Of a DNA stretch of 64,000 bases, positions 28,052 through 38,312 are shown piece by piece. The notes under the pieces are model-generated. The model did not search any database. It worked only from the letters and a program-made list of their open reading frames with translations, and was not told the DNA's origin. Numbering within the stretch: the stretch's first letter is position 1; each line of letters opens with the position of its first letter. The DNA lies in NCBI GenBank assembly GCA_017469945.1, contig JAFUFI010000015.1, positions 51,427 through 115,426 of the forward strand, given 5' to 3'. The DNA comes from Lachnospiraceae bacterium (GTDB lineage Bacteria > Bacillota > Clostridia > Lachnospirales > Lachnospiraceae). A program made the position numbers and the translations under genes.

Positions 28052-29387
28052 CATGTTTGACGATATAGCTTTTTCACCGGCGGATATTCTGCTTCCTAAG
28101 GATGCGGATATGTCCAAGTGGGCAGTGGTGGCCTGTGACCAGTTCACATCGGAACCCGATTACTGGGAGGAGGCGGCGGCGCTTGCCGGAAGCGAACCAT
28201 CGGCGCTTAATCTTATCCTTCCTGAGGTTTACTTAAACGGCAAGGATGTGGATGAAAGGATCGCCGCAATCAATTCAAACATGAAGGAGTATTTGGAATG
28301 CGGCGTATTTGAATGCCATGAGGATACTCTTATATACGTTGAAAGAACGCAGTCGGACGGAAAAGTAAGAAAAGGAATCGTAGGAAAGATAGATCTTGAC
28401 GATTACGAGTTTAAGCCGGGAAACAACGCTCTTATCAGAGCAACCGAAGGAACTGTTCTTTCAAGAATCCCTCCCAGAGTAAAGGTTAGGGAGAATGCTC
28501 CTATAGAACTCCCCCATGTTATGCTGCTTATCGATGATGAGACGAACAGTGTTATAGGCCCTCTTACCGAAAATGCATCAAAGATGGAGAAGCTTTACGA
28601 TTTCGACCTAATGCAGGATGGCGGTCATATAAAGGGATATAAGCTTGATGGTGAGCTTAAAAGAAGCGTCTCAGAAGCGCTTACCGCGCTTAAGGATCCT
28701 TCTCTTACGGAGCGCAAGTACGGCATAAAGGGCGCTTCGCCCATGCTCTTTGCAGTCGGCGACGGAAATCATTCCCTTGCTACCGCAAAGCAGTGCTATG
28801 AAAATGCGAAAAAAGGTGTTCCCGAATCCGAGTGGAAGAATCTTCCTTCAAGATATGCGCTTGTAGAGGTTGTCAATAACCACGATGATGCGCTTAAGTT
28901 TGAGCCCATCCACAGGACCCTTTTTGAAGTGGATGCAAAAGACGTTCTCAAAGCCTTTTTTGAGTATTATCCCGAAAGTTTTGAAGTAACCGTTGGAAAT
29001 TTGGGCGAAGACTTCAAAGAAAAGATGACGGAGCATCAGAAGACTCTCATTAAAAAAGAATCTCAGTTTATCAGGTATTGTTTTGGAAACGTGACGGGAG
29101 TGATCGCCATACCGAACCCCGAAAAGCAGCTGGCGGTCGGAACGCTTCAGGAGTTTCTTGATAAATATCTTGAGGGAAAGAGCAGTGAGATCGATTACAT
29201 CCACGGAGATGAGACTGCGGAGATCTTAGGACGCAAGCCCGGAAATATGTCATTTCTGCTTCCGGCTATGGGAAAGGAACAGCTCTTTAAGACAGTTATG
29301 GCAGACGGTGTGCTTCCGAGAAAGACTTTTTCTATGGGACACGCACAGGACAAGAGATACTATATTGAGGCAAGAAAGATCAGATAA
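28044..29387 (+). CDS. DUF1015 family protein
   Basis: WAVVACDQFTS, RATEGTVLSRIPPR, ELPHVMLL, AVGDGNHSLA, LPRKTFSMG. Start moved to ATG 28044. Confidence 0.88.
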   Translation: MSNMFDDIAFSPADILLPKDADMSKWAVVACDQFTSEPDYWEEAAALAGSEPSALNLILPEVYLNGKDVDERIAAINSNMKEYLECGVFECHEDTLIYVERTQSDGKVRKGIVGKIDLDDYEFKPGNNALIRATEGTVLSRIPPRVKVRENAPIELPHVMLLIDDETNSVIGPLTENASKMEKLYDFDLMQDGGHIKGYKLDGELKRSVSEALTALKDPSLTERKYGIKGASPMLFAVGDGNHSLATAKQCYENAKKGVPESEWKNLPSRYALVEVVNNHDDALKFEPIHRTLFEVDAKDVLKAFFEYYPESFEVTVGNLGEDFKEKMTEHQKTLIKKESQFIRYCFGNVTGVIAIPNPEKQLAVGTLQEFLDKYLEGKSSEIDYIHGDETAEILGRKPGNMSFLLPAMGKEQLFKTVMADGVLPRKTFSMGHAQDKRYYIEARKIR

Positions 29388-29402
29388 TACGGAGGTGTGA
29401 GG

Positions 29403-29747
29403 ATGATAAGCGATTTAAAAGACTTACTTAACCTTGAACTTGGACTTGAGTACTGCGGAGAAATGGAAGATCTCTATGAAGATATGCTTAGGGATTTCTA
29501 CAGAGATAATCATGTAGAGGAACTTAGAAACCAGTTTGCCGAGCAAAAATGGACGGAATATCGTGTTACTATCCACGGAGTTAAGAGTACTTCGCTTATG
29601 ATCGGCGGGGAGGATCTTTCGGCTAAGGCTAAAGAGCTTGAAATGGCTGCGGCTGCCGGAAATGCCGCTTATATTACGGAGCATCATGAAAATGTACTTA
29701 GGCAGTATATAGAACTGATCGACAGGATCGGGAAGGCTATCGGATAA
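29403..29747 (+). CDS. Stand-alone Hpt phosphotransfer protein
   Basis: IHGVKSTSLMIGGEDLSAKAKELE; RBS GGAGGTG 5 nt before ATG 29403. Confidence 0.88.
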   Translation: MISDLKDLLNLELGLEYCGEMEDLYEDMLRDFYRDNHVEELRNQFAEQKWTEYRVTIHGVKSTSLMIGGEDLSAKAKELEMAAAAGNAAYITEHHENVLRQYIELIDRIGKAIG

Positions 29748-29753
29748 AGATTT

Positions 29754-32471
29754 ATGGGCAACGTGATAAATACGGGACTTATTATATTTGGTGTACTGGG
29801 GCTTGTTATAGGCCTCAGTTACTTTATGAAGGAAAAACTGGTGGGTTCGATCCGCTGGTTTATCCTTTTTTTGGGCATTTTTACCTTTATCTGGTGCGCG
29901 TGCTACGGCGCTATGGGGTTTTGCGAGAATCTGACTCACGCCTACTATTACCGCAACGCAGGACTCTTTGGACTTTTGGGATTTTTGACTACAGAGGCTG
30001 TGCTCCTTCTGACGATCGATGATGTTGTCAAACCGGTAAGGGTTATCTGTTCATTCGTCTATTTACTTGCGTCTTTATCGGACTTTTTTATTTTCGGAAA
30101 GCCGAATGTAAATGTCTTTATAAGACTTGCGGACAGAACAACTTACTATTCCGTACCCTGCTTTGAAAGAGAATACCACTATGTTTATCTGGCAGTCATA
30201 TTTGTGACTTTTATTTTGCTGGATGTATTTTGGTTTATCAAGAAAAAGCCCAAAAGAGAACTGGCCTTTGAGATTGAAGCCACCATCGGAAATATGCTTC
30301 TTGTTGTTATGGCTATTCCCGATACGATCCTGCCCCAGGTTATCGATACAAGTATCCCGACTTCCGGTATCGGCGGATTTATCTGTCTGTTTATTATCTG
30401 GCGTGCCGCAAACGAGACAAATACTTTTAATATAACGATAAATAATTTAGGTACATACATTTATGAATCCGTTAATACTGCTGTGCTCTTGTTTGACCAA
30501 AACAGAAAGCTGGAGATGGCAAACCACTTTGCGACAAACCTTCTCGGGGAAAGCATAAAAAAAGGAACCGCGCTCACGGAGATCTTTGATGTCGATGAGG
30601 AGGCTACGATTCCCGCGGACGGGCAGGCGACCACATTCAGAGCAAACAGCATTGAGAGAAATATTGATTGCGAGATAGATGTTACTTACGTTTACGACGG
30701 TTACAGAGAGCCTTTCTGCATAATCTGCGTTATACATGATATGACGGAGACTAATAAGCTGATCGTCGAGGCAAACGAGGCAAACCGTGCAAAGAGTGAC
30801 TTCCTCGCCAATATGTCACACGAGATCCGTACACCTATCAACGCTATTTTAGGTCTCAACGAGATAATTATGAAGGAGACGGACGACAAGGAGGTTTTGT
30901 CCTATTCCAACCAGATTGTAAGCGCGGGAAGAGCGCTTCTGAGTATTGTGAACGATGTGCTCGATCTGTCGAGGATTGAGTCGGGTAAGATAGAGTTAAA
31001 TCCGGCCCCCTACAGGCTCGGTGTGCTTGTTAACGAATGTTATAATCTGATCTCGATTAAGGCATTTGATAAGAATCTCGATCTTAAGTTCGAGGTTGAT
31101 GAGACTTTGCCTTCCGGATATATCGGAGATGTTGTCAGAATAAGACAGATCCTTATCAATCTTCTCAGCAATGCCCTCAAGTATACGCCGAACGGCACGG
31201 TAAGGATGAAGACTACGGGCTTTACAAAGGATTCTGTTTTTTATCTGAAGATTTCTGTCAGCGATACCGGAATCGGTATCCGCAGCGAGGATCTTGCGGG
31301 AATCTTTGAAAGCTTTAAGAGAGTTGATGAAGGAAGAAACAAAAAGGTCGAGGGAACGGGACTGGGACTGTCAATCAGCAAGTATCTTGTTGATATGATG
31401 GGCGGTGAGATCGGCGTTACCAGCGTTTACGGGGAAGGATCCACATTTACCGTCACAATCCCTCAGCAGATAGAAGATATGACTCCCATCGGAGCCTACA
31501 AGCCTTCGGACATCAGCGACTCCGGCGTGATGCGGGTAAGCTCCTTTGAGGCGCCCGGGGCACATGTCCTTGCCGTTGATGATGTAGATACAAACCTTGT
31601 TGTATTTTGCGGACTTCTTAAAAAGACCAAGATAAAGATCGATATGGCTTCGGACGGTTTCGAGGCTATAAGGCTTGCCGAGAGGACTAAGTACGATATC
31701 ATCTTTATGGACCATATGATGCCTGAGATGGATGGCGTTGAAACTCTTCACAAGATCAAAAACGATCCTGTGGGACTCAATAAGGATACGCCGGTTGTTA
31801 TGCTTACTGCCAATGCAATCTACGGCGTAAAGGACGAGTATTTGAAGGAGGGATTTGACGATTATATCTCTAAGCCTCTTCGCGGAGAAGTTCTTGAGAA
31901 TATGGTCCGTAAATTCCTTGAGAAGGATGCCAACTCGGGACTTTTGAAAAAGTACGCTGACGAAAGACCGGGAACGGTAGAAGTAAATAGCATATTTTCC
32001 GGAACGGACAGATATTTCGGTGTAAATAAATTCCAGAGTAAAGAAGAAGCGATAGCGGAAGCGCAAAAGACAATAAGCGATAAGAAGACATCCGAGGAGT
32101 CCGAAGAGATAAAGCTGATCCGAAACAATTTCGGAGACTTCCTTGATATAGATACGGCGCTTATGTACAGCGGAAACGATCCCGAACTGTTTATGGAGAT
32201 AGCCGGCTCGTATCTTCATAACGACCTTACCGAGAAGCTTAAGGGATTCTACGAAAAGGGAGATTATGAGAACTACCGCATAAAGGTTCATTCGCTCAAG
32301 AGTTCATCTCTCAATATCGGAGCCATTGCTATGTCCAAGAAGGCAACCGATATGGATGCCGCCATCAAGAAAAACGATATTCAGTATGTGATCCTCAATA
32401 ACGATGATCTGATGGAGGAGTACGGCCGTATCATCGAAGGGCTTAAAAGGAATATTAAAGATGCAACTTGA
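29754..32471 (+). CDS. Hybrid sensor kinase: N-terminal multi-TM sensor + PAS-like + HisKA + HATPase + REC + Hpt
   Basis: About 7 TM helices, SHEIRTP, NLLSNALKYT, GTGLGL, DHMMPEMDG, VHSLKSSSLNIGA. Confidence 0.92.
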   Translation: MGNVINTGLIIFGVLGLVIGLSYFMKEKLVGSIRWFILFLGIFTFIWCACYGAMGFCENLTHAYYYRNAGLFGLLGFLTTEAVLLLTIDDVVKPVRVICSFVYLLASLSDFFIFGKPNVNVFIRLADRTTYYSVPCFEREYHYVYLAVIFVTFILLDVFWFIKKKPKRELAFEIEATIGNMLLVVMAIPDTILPQVIDTSIPTSGIGGFICLFIIWRAANETNTFNITINNLGTYIYESVNTAVLLFDQNRKLEMANHFATNLLGESIKKGTALTEIFDVDEEATIPADGQATTFRANSIERNIDCEIDVTYVYDGYREPFCIICVIHDMTETNKLIVEANEANRAKSDFLANMSHEIRTPINAILGLNEIIMKETDDKEVLSYSNQIVSAGRALLSIVNDVLDLSRIESGKIELNPAPYRLGVLVNECYNLISIKAFDKNLDLKFEVDETLPSGYIGDVVRIRQILINLLSNALKYTPNGTVRMKTTGFTKDSVFYLKISVSDTGIGIRSEDLAGIFESFKRVDEGRNKKVEGTGLGLSISKYLVDMMGGEIGVTSVYGEGSTFTVTIPQQIEDMTPIGAYKPSDISDSGVMRVSSFEAPGAHVLAVDDVDTNLVVFCGLLKKTKIKIDMASDGFEAIRLAERTKYDIIFMDHMMPEMDGVETLHKIKNDPVGLNKDTPVVMLTANAIYGVKDEYLKEGFDDYISKPLRGEVLENMVRKFLEKDANSGLLKKYADERPGTVEVNSIFSGTDRYFGVNKFQSKEEAIAEAQKTISDKKTSEESEEIKLIRNNFGDFLDIDTALMYSGNDPELFMEIAGSYLHNDLTEKLKGFYEKGDYENYRIKVHSLKSSSLNIGAIAMSKKATDMDAAIKKNDIQYVILNNDDLMEEYGRIIEGLKRNIKDAT

Positions 32472-33129
32472 GATAATAGCTAAAATGCACAGCCCGATGA
32501 AGGAAAAATTCGGGCTCCCCAGACAGAGCGGACTGGCAAATGAGCTTAAGGGAACCGTGGTCTTTGAGGGAAAGTATTCGGACAAAAGGGCGGTAGAGGG
32601 CCTTGAAGGATACGATTATATCTGGCTTCTCTGGGAATTTGAGGGGGTTAAGGATACTAAAGGCGAAGAGTTCAGAGCTATGGTACGCCCCCCGAGGCTG
32701 GGAGGCAATACTTATATGGGAGTATTTGCCACAAGATCTCCCTTCAGGCCAAATCCCATCGGAATGAGCTGCGTTAAGCTTGATCGCATAGAGATGACGG
32801 ATAAAGGTCCTGTACTCCATATTTCGGGAGCAGACCTTAGGGATGGAACGCCGATATTTGATATCAAGCCATACCTTCCTTACGCAGAGGCGCATCCGGA
32901 CGCACGGGGCGGATTTACTGACGAAACCAATATGAAAAGGCTTGAGGTCGTCTTTGAGGACGATTCCTATAAAGAGGATGAGGCGGCGCTTCGGGAGATA
33001 CTTTCTCAGGATCCGAGACCTGCCTACCAAAACGATCCCGAAAGAGTATACGGAATGAACTACAAGGATATGAATGTAAGATTCCGAGTAGAAGAGGGGA
33101 CAGTGTTTGTTATCGGAAATAAACTATAG
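32461..33129 (+). CDS. trmO: tRNA (N6-threonylcarbamoyladenosine(37)-N6)-methyltransferase TrmO
   Basis: KFGLPRQSG, VRPPRLGGN..MGVFATRSPFRPNPIGMS, GADL.DGTPIFDIKPY, QDPRPAY. Confidence 0.95.
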   Translation: MQLEIIAKMHSPMKEKFGLPRQSGLANELKGTVVFEGKYSDKRAVEGLEGYDYIWLLWEFEGVKDTKGEEFRAMVRPPRLGGNTYMGVFATRSPFRPNPIGMSCVKLDRIEMTDKGPVLHISGADLRDGTPIFDIKPYLPYAEAHPDARGGFTDETNMKRLEVVFEDDSYKEDEAALREILSQDPRPAYQNDPERVYGMNYKDMNVRFRVEEGTVFVIGNKL

Positions 33130-33131
33130 CG

Positions 33132-33170
33132 TAAAAGCTCTTATAAGTATTTTTGCTTATAAGGGCTTTT
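33132..33170 (+). terminator. Intrinsic terminator
   Basis: AAAAGCTCTTATAAG...CTTATAAGGGCTTTT. Confidence 0.8.
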
Positions 33171-33256
33171 GTCAGCGTAGTGCACAAAACCAATAGTCAG
33201 AATTGTACAAATATCACAATTGAAACCTCATGTACAATCATGATAATATGATTTTG

Positions 33257-33295
33257 TGCAAACGGTTGCGCAGATTTGCGCAACTTGTTGCAAAT
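33257..33295 (+). promoter_or_regulatory. Putative LacI-type operator upstream of the repressor gene
   Basis: TGCAAACGGTTGCGCA core with a central CG; a near copy lies at 34517-34553. Confidence 0.65.
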
Positions 33296-33326
33296 ATCGT
33301 AAAAACGCTGATAGGTGTATTTTTAA

Positions 33327-34349
33327 ATGGAAAGTTCTAACAAGGATCAGTTAAAAGAAAATCTTACAATCCACGACGTCGCCAAAGCGCTTGGCGTTTC
33401 AGCCAGCACGGTTTCACGCGCCATATCCGGAAAGGGAAGGATCGGCGAGGAGACCAGGCAGCGTGTTCTTGCATACATCAGCGAAAAATCCTTTTACCCC
33501 AATGCATCGGCCAGAAGCCTGGCACAGTCAAAGACATACAATATCGCGATCATCATGCCTGAGGTTAAAGACCTTGTAGACATGCCTTTTTTTCATACCT
33601 GTATGCACGGAGCCGAAGAAGTTGCGCAGGTAAATGACTACGACCTTTTGATAGTAACAACGGATGGTACTAATATCAAACCCTTAGAGAGAATGGTAAA
33701 CAACCGTAAGGTCGACGGTATGATCCTTACAAGACTTTACAAGGATGACGTTTTTGTTAAATATCTTAAGAGCACGGAGATCCCTTTTGTGGCTATCGGA
33801 AACAGCGACGACAAGGATCTTGTTACAATTGACCATGACAATTACGGCGGCTGCAGAGAACTTGTCAGTCTGCTTTTGTCAAAGGGTGTGGAAAAGGTGG
33901 CATATCTTGGCGGCGGAATGGACCAGACGGTCAATATCAGACGCTTTGCCGGGTATAAGGACGGCCTTGAAAATGCCGGCGTAAAGCTCGATAACGGTAT
34001 CATATATACAAATCTTGCCAATAAGATCCAGGTGGCAAAGGCGGTAGAAGAGCTTCTTAAAACAAATACCGACTGTATTCTTTGCCAGGACGATTATATC
34101 TGCGACGAGGTGGTTCATCATCTCGCCGAAAAAGGGATCAGCATCCCTAAGAGAATGAAGGTTGCTTCCTGCCACCACAGTAAGCTCCTCGACAATTTCC
34201 CCGTGACTATCACATCCTTAAAGTTTGACACTATGGAAATCGGCAGAAAGGCCTGCCAGGTGCTTCTTTCGATGATAGCGGGAGATGAGGTTCCCAAAGA
34301 GACTCTTCTCGAGTACGAGATCAATCTGAAAGAAAGCACAAAGATGTGA
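33327..34349 (+). CDS. LacI family transcriptional regulator (MalR-like)
   Basis: TIHDVAKALGVSASTVSRAISG, YPNASARSLA, sugar-binding C-terminal domain. Confidence 0.95.
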   Translation: MESSNKDQLKENLTIHDVAKALGVSASTVSRAISGKGRIGEETRQRVLAYISEKSFYPNASARSLAQSKTYNIAIIMPEVKDLVDMPFFHTCMHGAEEVAQVNDYDLLIVTTDGTNIKPLERMVNNRKVDGMILTRLYKDDVFVKYLKSTEIPFVAIGNSDDKDLVTIDHDNYGGCRELVSLLLSKGVEKVAYLGGGMDQTVNIRRFAGYKDGLENAGVKLDNGIIYTNLANKIQVAKAVEELLKTNTDCILCQDDYICDEVVHHLAEKGISIPKRMKVASCHHSKLLDNFPVTITSLKFDTMEIGRKACQVLLSMIAGDEVPKETLLEYEINLKESTKM

Positions 34350-34476
34350 GTGTGTAACCGATTCGCATTCTAATTGGGCGTTTATTCTATAAAATGGACC
34401 CGAAAAACGATTTCCAAAACATCAAAAATGTGCAAAGTGCACAAAATATTCCCTTAATCTTAAGTAATTTGTTTGA

Positions 34477-34553
34477 TTGACATACTAAAGCGCAATTGGT
34501 AATCTTATAACGTAGACAATCGGTTGCGCAGTTTGGGCAATTTGTTGCGCAAT
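34477..34553 (+). promoter_or_regulatory. Promoter and LacI-type operator of the sugar ABC operon
   Basis: TTGACA (34477-34482), 17 bp spacer, TG-G-TAATCT; operator CAATCGGTTGCGCAG...TTGTTGCGCAAT at 34517-34553. Confidence 0.7.
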
Positions 34554-34631
34554 CAGGTATCTGCATAAAATAGTCAGTAATCCGCGTATCGGCGGATTCA
34601 AATGCACATTTTGTGTAAGGAGGAAAATTTT

Positions 34632-35957
34632 ATGAAAAAGAAGTTAGTTGCAGTTCTTATGACTGCGGCAATGGCTGCTTCTCTTGCAGCTTGCGGAGCT
34701 AAGACAGAAACTCCCGCTCAGAACACAGACAACACTGTTACCGAGCAGACAACCGGCGACAAGACCGAAGAGCAGACCGGTACAGACGTTGTTATCAACC
34801 AGGGTTCTGATGATGCGATCGCAAACCTCGTTGCAGCTACCGAAGGTACAGTTGATCTTACTCTTTGGTGCTCAGAGCTTGAGAGCTATCAGAACACTAT
34901 GAAGGAACTCGCAGAAGAGTTCAAGACTACTTATCCCGATGTAGACTTTAACATCACCATTGGTGCTCAGTCAGAGTCAACCTGTAAGGATGAGATCTTA
35001 AAGGACGTTGAAGCAGCAGCTGACGTATTCGTATTTGCTGATGACCAGCTCAACGAGCTTGTTCAGGCGGGCGCTCTTCAGGCTGTAACAACAACCTACA
35101 CCTTCGATCCTATCGTAGCTAACGGTGCCGGAGCTGTTAACGCAGCTTCATTAAACGGAGTATGCTATGCATATCCTCTTACCGCATCCAACGGTTACTT
35201 CCTTATCTATGATAAGTCTCTTCTTTCAGAGGAAGATGTTTCATCTTGGGAAAACCTTGTAGCAGCTTGTGAAGCTCAGGGCAAGAAGTGCGGAATGGAC
35301 TTTGCAAACGGCTGGTATCTCTATGGATTCTTCAGCGGAGCAGGAAACGTAGCTACTCTTGCTGAGGACGGCGTAAACAATGTTTGCGACTGGAACAATG
35401 AAAGCGGACTTGCAGTAGCTCAGGCTGTTACAAATCTCTGCGCATCAGATGCAGTTATCTCAATCGGAGATGCAGACGCTCGTGCACAGGCTAAGGACGG
35501 AGACCTTATCGCTTATGTAGACGGTACATGGGCAATCGAAGACTTCACCGCAGCTTACGGCGACAACCTCGCTTGCGTAAAGCTTCCTACCTTCAATGTA
35601 AACGGTGCTCCCGTTCAGCAGGGTTCATTCGCAGGATACAAGCTTGTAGGTGTTAACTCTTACAGCGACAATATCGGATGGTCAATGCTCCTTGCTGAGT
35701 TCATTACCAACGAAGCAGCACAGCTTAAGATCGGTACCAACACTCAGGAAGGTCCCGCAAACATCAATGCGGCATCTCAGATTTCTTCACCTGCTCTTTC
35801 AGCACTCGGCGCTCAGTCAGCATATGCTGATCTTCAGAGAGTAGGCGGAAGCTACTGGACTCCCGCAGGAACTCTCGGACAGACTCTTTATGAGGGAACC
35901 GATGATGTTCAGAAGGCTCTTGACGACGCAGTAGCAGGAATCCTTGCTCCTCAGTAA
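34632..35957 (+). CDS. Sugar ABC transporter solute-binding lipoprotein (maltose/maltodextrin type)
   Basis: Lipobox SLAACG, T/Q-rich linker, AADVFVFADDQL, YAYPLTASNGYFL.YDK. Start set at ATG 34632 (MKKK). Confidence 0.9.
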   Translation: MKKKLVAVLMTAAMAASLAACGAKTETPAQNTDNTVTEQTTGDKTEEQTGTDVVINQGSDDAIANLVAATEGTVDLTLWCSELESYQNTMKELAEEFKTTYPDVDFNITIGAQSESTCKDEILKDVEAAADVFVFADDQLNELVQAGALQAVTTTYTFDPIVANGAGAVNAASLNGVCYAYPLTASNGYFLIYDKSLLSEEDVSSWENLVAACEAQGKKCGMDFANGWYLYGFFSGAGNVATLAEDGVNNVCDWNNESGLAVAQAVTNLCASDAVISIGDADARAQAKDGDLIAYVDGTWAIEDFTAAYGDNLACVKLPTFNVNGAPVQQGSFAGYKLVGVNSYSDNIGWSMLLAEFITNEAAQLKIGTNTQEGPANINAASQISSPALSALGAQSAYADLQRVGGSYWTPAGTLGQTLYEGTDDVQKALDDAVAGILAPQ

Positions 35958-35977
35958 ACTTTAAATAAAAAAATTCG

Positions 35978-36012
35978 GGCCCATATATCTTCAGGGTATA
36001 TGGGCCTTTCTT
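35978..36012 (+). terminator. Intercistronic hairpin/terminator between the SBP and permease genes
   Basis: GGCCCATATA...TATATGGGCC followed by TTTCTT. Confidence 0.65.
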
Positions 36013-36029
36013 AAAAAGGTGCATAAGGT

Positions 36030-37454
36030 ATGAAGAGATTTTTTAAAGCACTCGGAAAATACTTTGCTGATTTCGGAACAGCGGTTTCGAAGGGCGACAT
36101 ATGGGTAAAACTTTCTCTTTTTATAATGGGAATGGGATACATCGGCAGGGGCCAGGTTATCAAGGGACTCCTTGTGACTGCGCTGGAAGCCGGTTTTGCA
36201 TTGTTTACGATTAAAATCTCATGGCCATATATCACTAAACTCTCGACACTGGGAACAGTCCAGAGAGAAGAGGTATTTGACCCCTTAACTATGTCTAAAA
36301 CAGTGAACGATTACGACAACTCACTGCTCATACTTTTAATGGGTGTGCTGGGAATTGTTATAATAGCTGCGTTCATTTTCATATATATTGCAAATATTAA
36401 GGCGGCTTTCCGTACAATGCTTCTTAAAAAGGAAGGTAAGCATCTTAATAATTTCAGAGAAGATTTAAGGGAGCTTGTAAACGATAAGTTCCATATCACG
36501 CTTCTTTCCCTGCCGGCTCTTGGTGTTGTGTTCATGTGCATACTGCCCATAATCTTTATGGTATGTATCGCATTTACCAACTATGATGCGGCGCATCAGC
36601 CTCCGAGTCAGCTCTTTAGCTGGGTGGGATGGAAGAACTTCATCACGCTTTTTGCCAACAAGCAGGGAAGCACCTTTGGTTATGCATTTGCCAAGATCCT
36701 TATCTGGACTCTTATCTGGGCTGCCCTTGCTACGGTTACCACATACATCGGCGGAATCCTTCTTGCAATGCTGATAAATCATCAGGATACCAAGCTTAAG
36801 AAGATGTGGAGAACCCTTTTTGTAATCACTATTGCAATCCCTCAGTTTGTAACCTTGCTTCTTATCAGTAAGATGTTCGGAAACTACGGTATTGTAAACG
36901 GCATTCTCCAGAGAATGCATATTATAAGCTTTTTGCAGAATCTGGGATGGATATCTACAAGCTACGTACCCTTTATGACATCGAGCGGTCTTACCCATGT
37001 AATGATCATCCTTATAAATATCTGGGTCGGCGTTCCTTACCAGATGCTGATCGCAACGGGTATTCTGATGAATATTCCTTCGGATCAGCTTGAAAGTGCA
37101 AGAATCGACGGAGCGAACAAATTCCAGATCTTCTGGAAGATCACAATGCCCTATATGCTCTTTATTACAGGCCCTTCTCTTGTAACAAGCTTTATAGGAA
37201 ATATAAACAACTTTAACGTTATTTACCTTCTTACAGGCGACTTCGTCACATCGGACGGAAGCCTGGCGGCGGCCAATGCCAAGGACGTTGACCTGCTTAT
37301 CACGTGGCTCTTTAAGATCACATCAGAGTCTGTTACAAAGCAGTATTACATGGCATCCGTTATAGGTATAATCGTATTTATTATCTGCGCAACGCTTACT
37401 CTGGTTACTTACTCCAGAATGATCAAGGGCGACAATGAGGAGGTGTTCCAGTAA
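36030..37454 (+). CDS. Sugar ABC transporter permease (MalF/MalC-like)
   Basis: EAA-type motif SDQLESARIDGANKFQIFWKITMP; FIGNINNFNVIYLLT. Confidence 0.93.
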   Translation: MKRFFKALGKYFADFGTAVSKGDIWVKLSLFIMGMGYIGRGQVIKGLLVTALEAGFALFTIKISWPYITKLSTLGTVQREEVFDPLTMSKTVNDYDNSLLILLMGVLGIVIIAAFIFIYIANIKAAFRTMLLKKEGKHLNNFREDLRELVNDKFHITLLSLPALGVVFMCILPIIFMVCIAFTNYDAAHQPPSQLFSWVGWKNFITLFANKQGSTFGYAFAKILIWTLIWAALATVTTYIGGILLAMLINHQDTKLKKMWRTLFVITIAIPQFVTLLLISKMFGNYGIVNGILQRMHIISFLQNLGWISTSYVPFMTSSGLTHVMIILINIWVGVPYQMLIATGILMNIPSDQLESARIDGANKFQIFWKITMPYMLFITGPSLVTSFIGNINNFNVIYLLTGDFVTSDGSLAAANAKDVDLLITWLFKITSESVTKQYYMASVIGIIVFIICATLTLVTYSRMIKGDNEEVFQ

Positions 37455-38302
37455 TGAAAGCAAAGAGAGCAGTCGGAAGTATTTTCAGACATTTATTACT
37501 TGCCTTTTTGGCGGTAGTTTGGCTTATACCTATTTTGTGGCTATTTGTAACTTCCTTTTCATCGGATCCCGGAATCAGAACAACTCGCTTTTTCCCTGAG
37601 CAGTGGACGCTTGCCAATTACTCCAAGCTCTTGTTCCATCCGGATACTGTTGCAAACTTCCCGGCCTGGTTTAAGAATTCGATGATAATCGGTATCTTCA
37701 GCTGTATCATATCCAGCGCGTTTGTGCTTATGGTTTCGTATGCATTCAGCTGTATGAGATTCCCTTCAAGAAAGAGGCTGATGAGCTTTTCCATCATACT
37801 GGGAATGTTCCCCGGCGTTCTTTCAATGATCGCGATCTACTTCGTACTTAAGATGTTTAACTTAACGGATTCCCTTGCGGGACTTATCGTGGTTTACTCC
37901 GCGGGATCCGGACTGGGCTTCCTTATATGTAAGGGATTCTTCGACACTATACCGGCTTCCTTAAGAGAGTCGGCAAAGATAGAAGGCGCCTCGGAATTTA
38001 CAGTATTTACAAGGATCGTAATCCCTCTTTCAAGGCCTATGATCGTTTATACCGTTATCAATTCCTTCCTTGCACCCTGGATGGATTTCGTAATGGCAAG
38101 GCTGATGATCCGCTCTAAGGATCCCACAAACTGGACGGTTGCCATCGGACTTTACAATATCCTGCAAAAGACTCTTATCGGTCAGTATTTCTCAGTCTTT
38201 TGCGCGGGAGGCGTAGTTGTGGCGATACCGATCTCAATCCTTTTTGTAATAATGCAGAAGTTCTATGTAGAAGGAATTACAGGCGGAGCCGTAAAAGGAT
38301 AA
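37454..38302 (+). CDS. Sugar ABC transporter permease (MalG/MalD-like)
   Basis: KGFFDTIPASLRESAKIEGA, VIPLSRP, YVEGITGGAVKG. Confidence 0.93.
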   Translation: MKAKRAVGSIFRHLLLAFLAVVWLIPILWLFVTSFSSDPGIRTTRFFPEQWTLANYSKLLFHPDTVANFPAWFKNSMIIGIFSCIISSAFVLMVSYAFSCMRFPSRKRLMSFSIILGMFPGVLSMIAIYFVLKMFNLTDSLAGLIVVYSAGSGLGFLICKGFFDTIPASLRESAKIEGASEFTVFTRIVIPLSRPMIVYTVINSFLAPWMDFVMARLMIRSKDPTNWTVAIGLYNILQKTLIGQYFSVFCAGGVVVAIPISILFVIMQKFYVEGITGGAVKG

Positions 38303-38312
38303 AGGAAAACCA

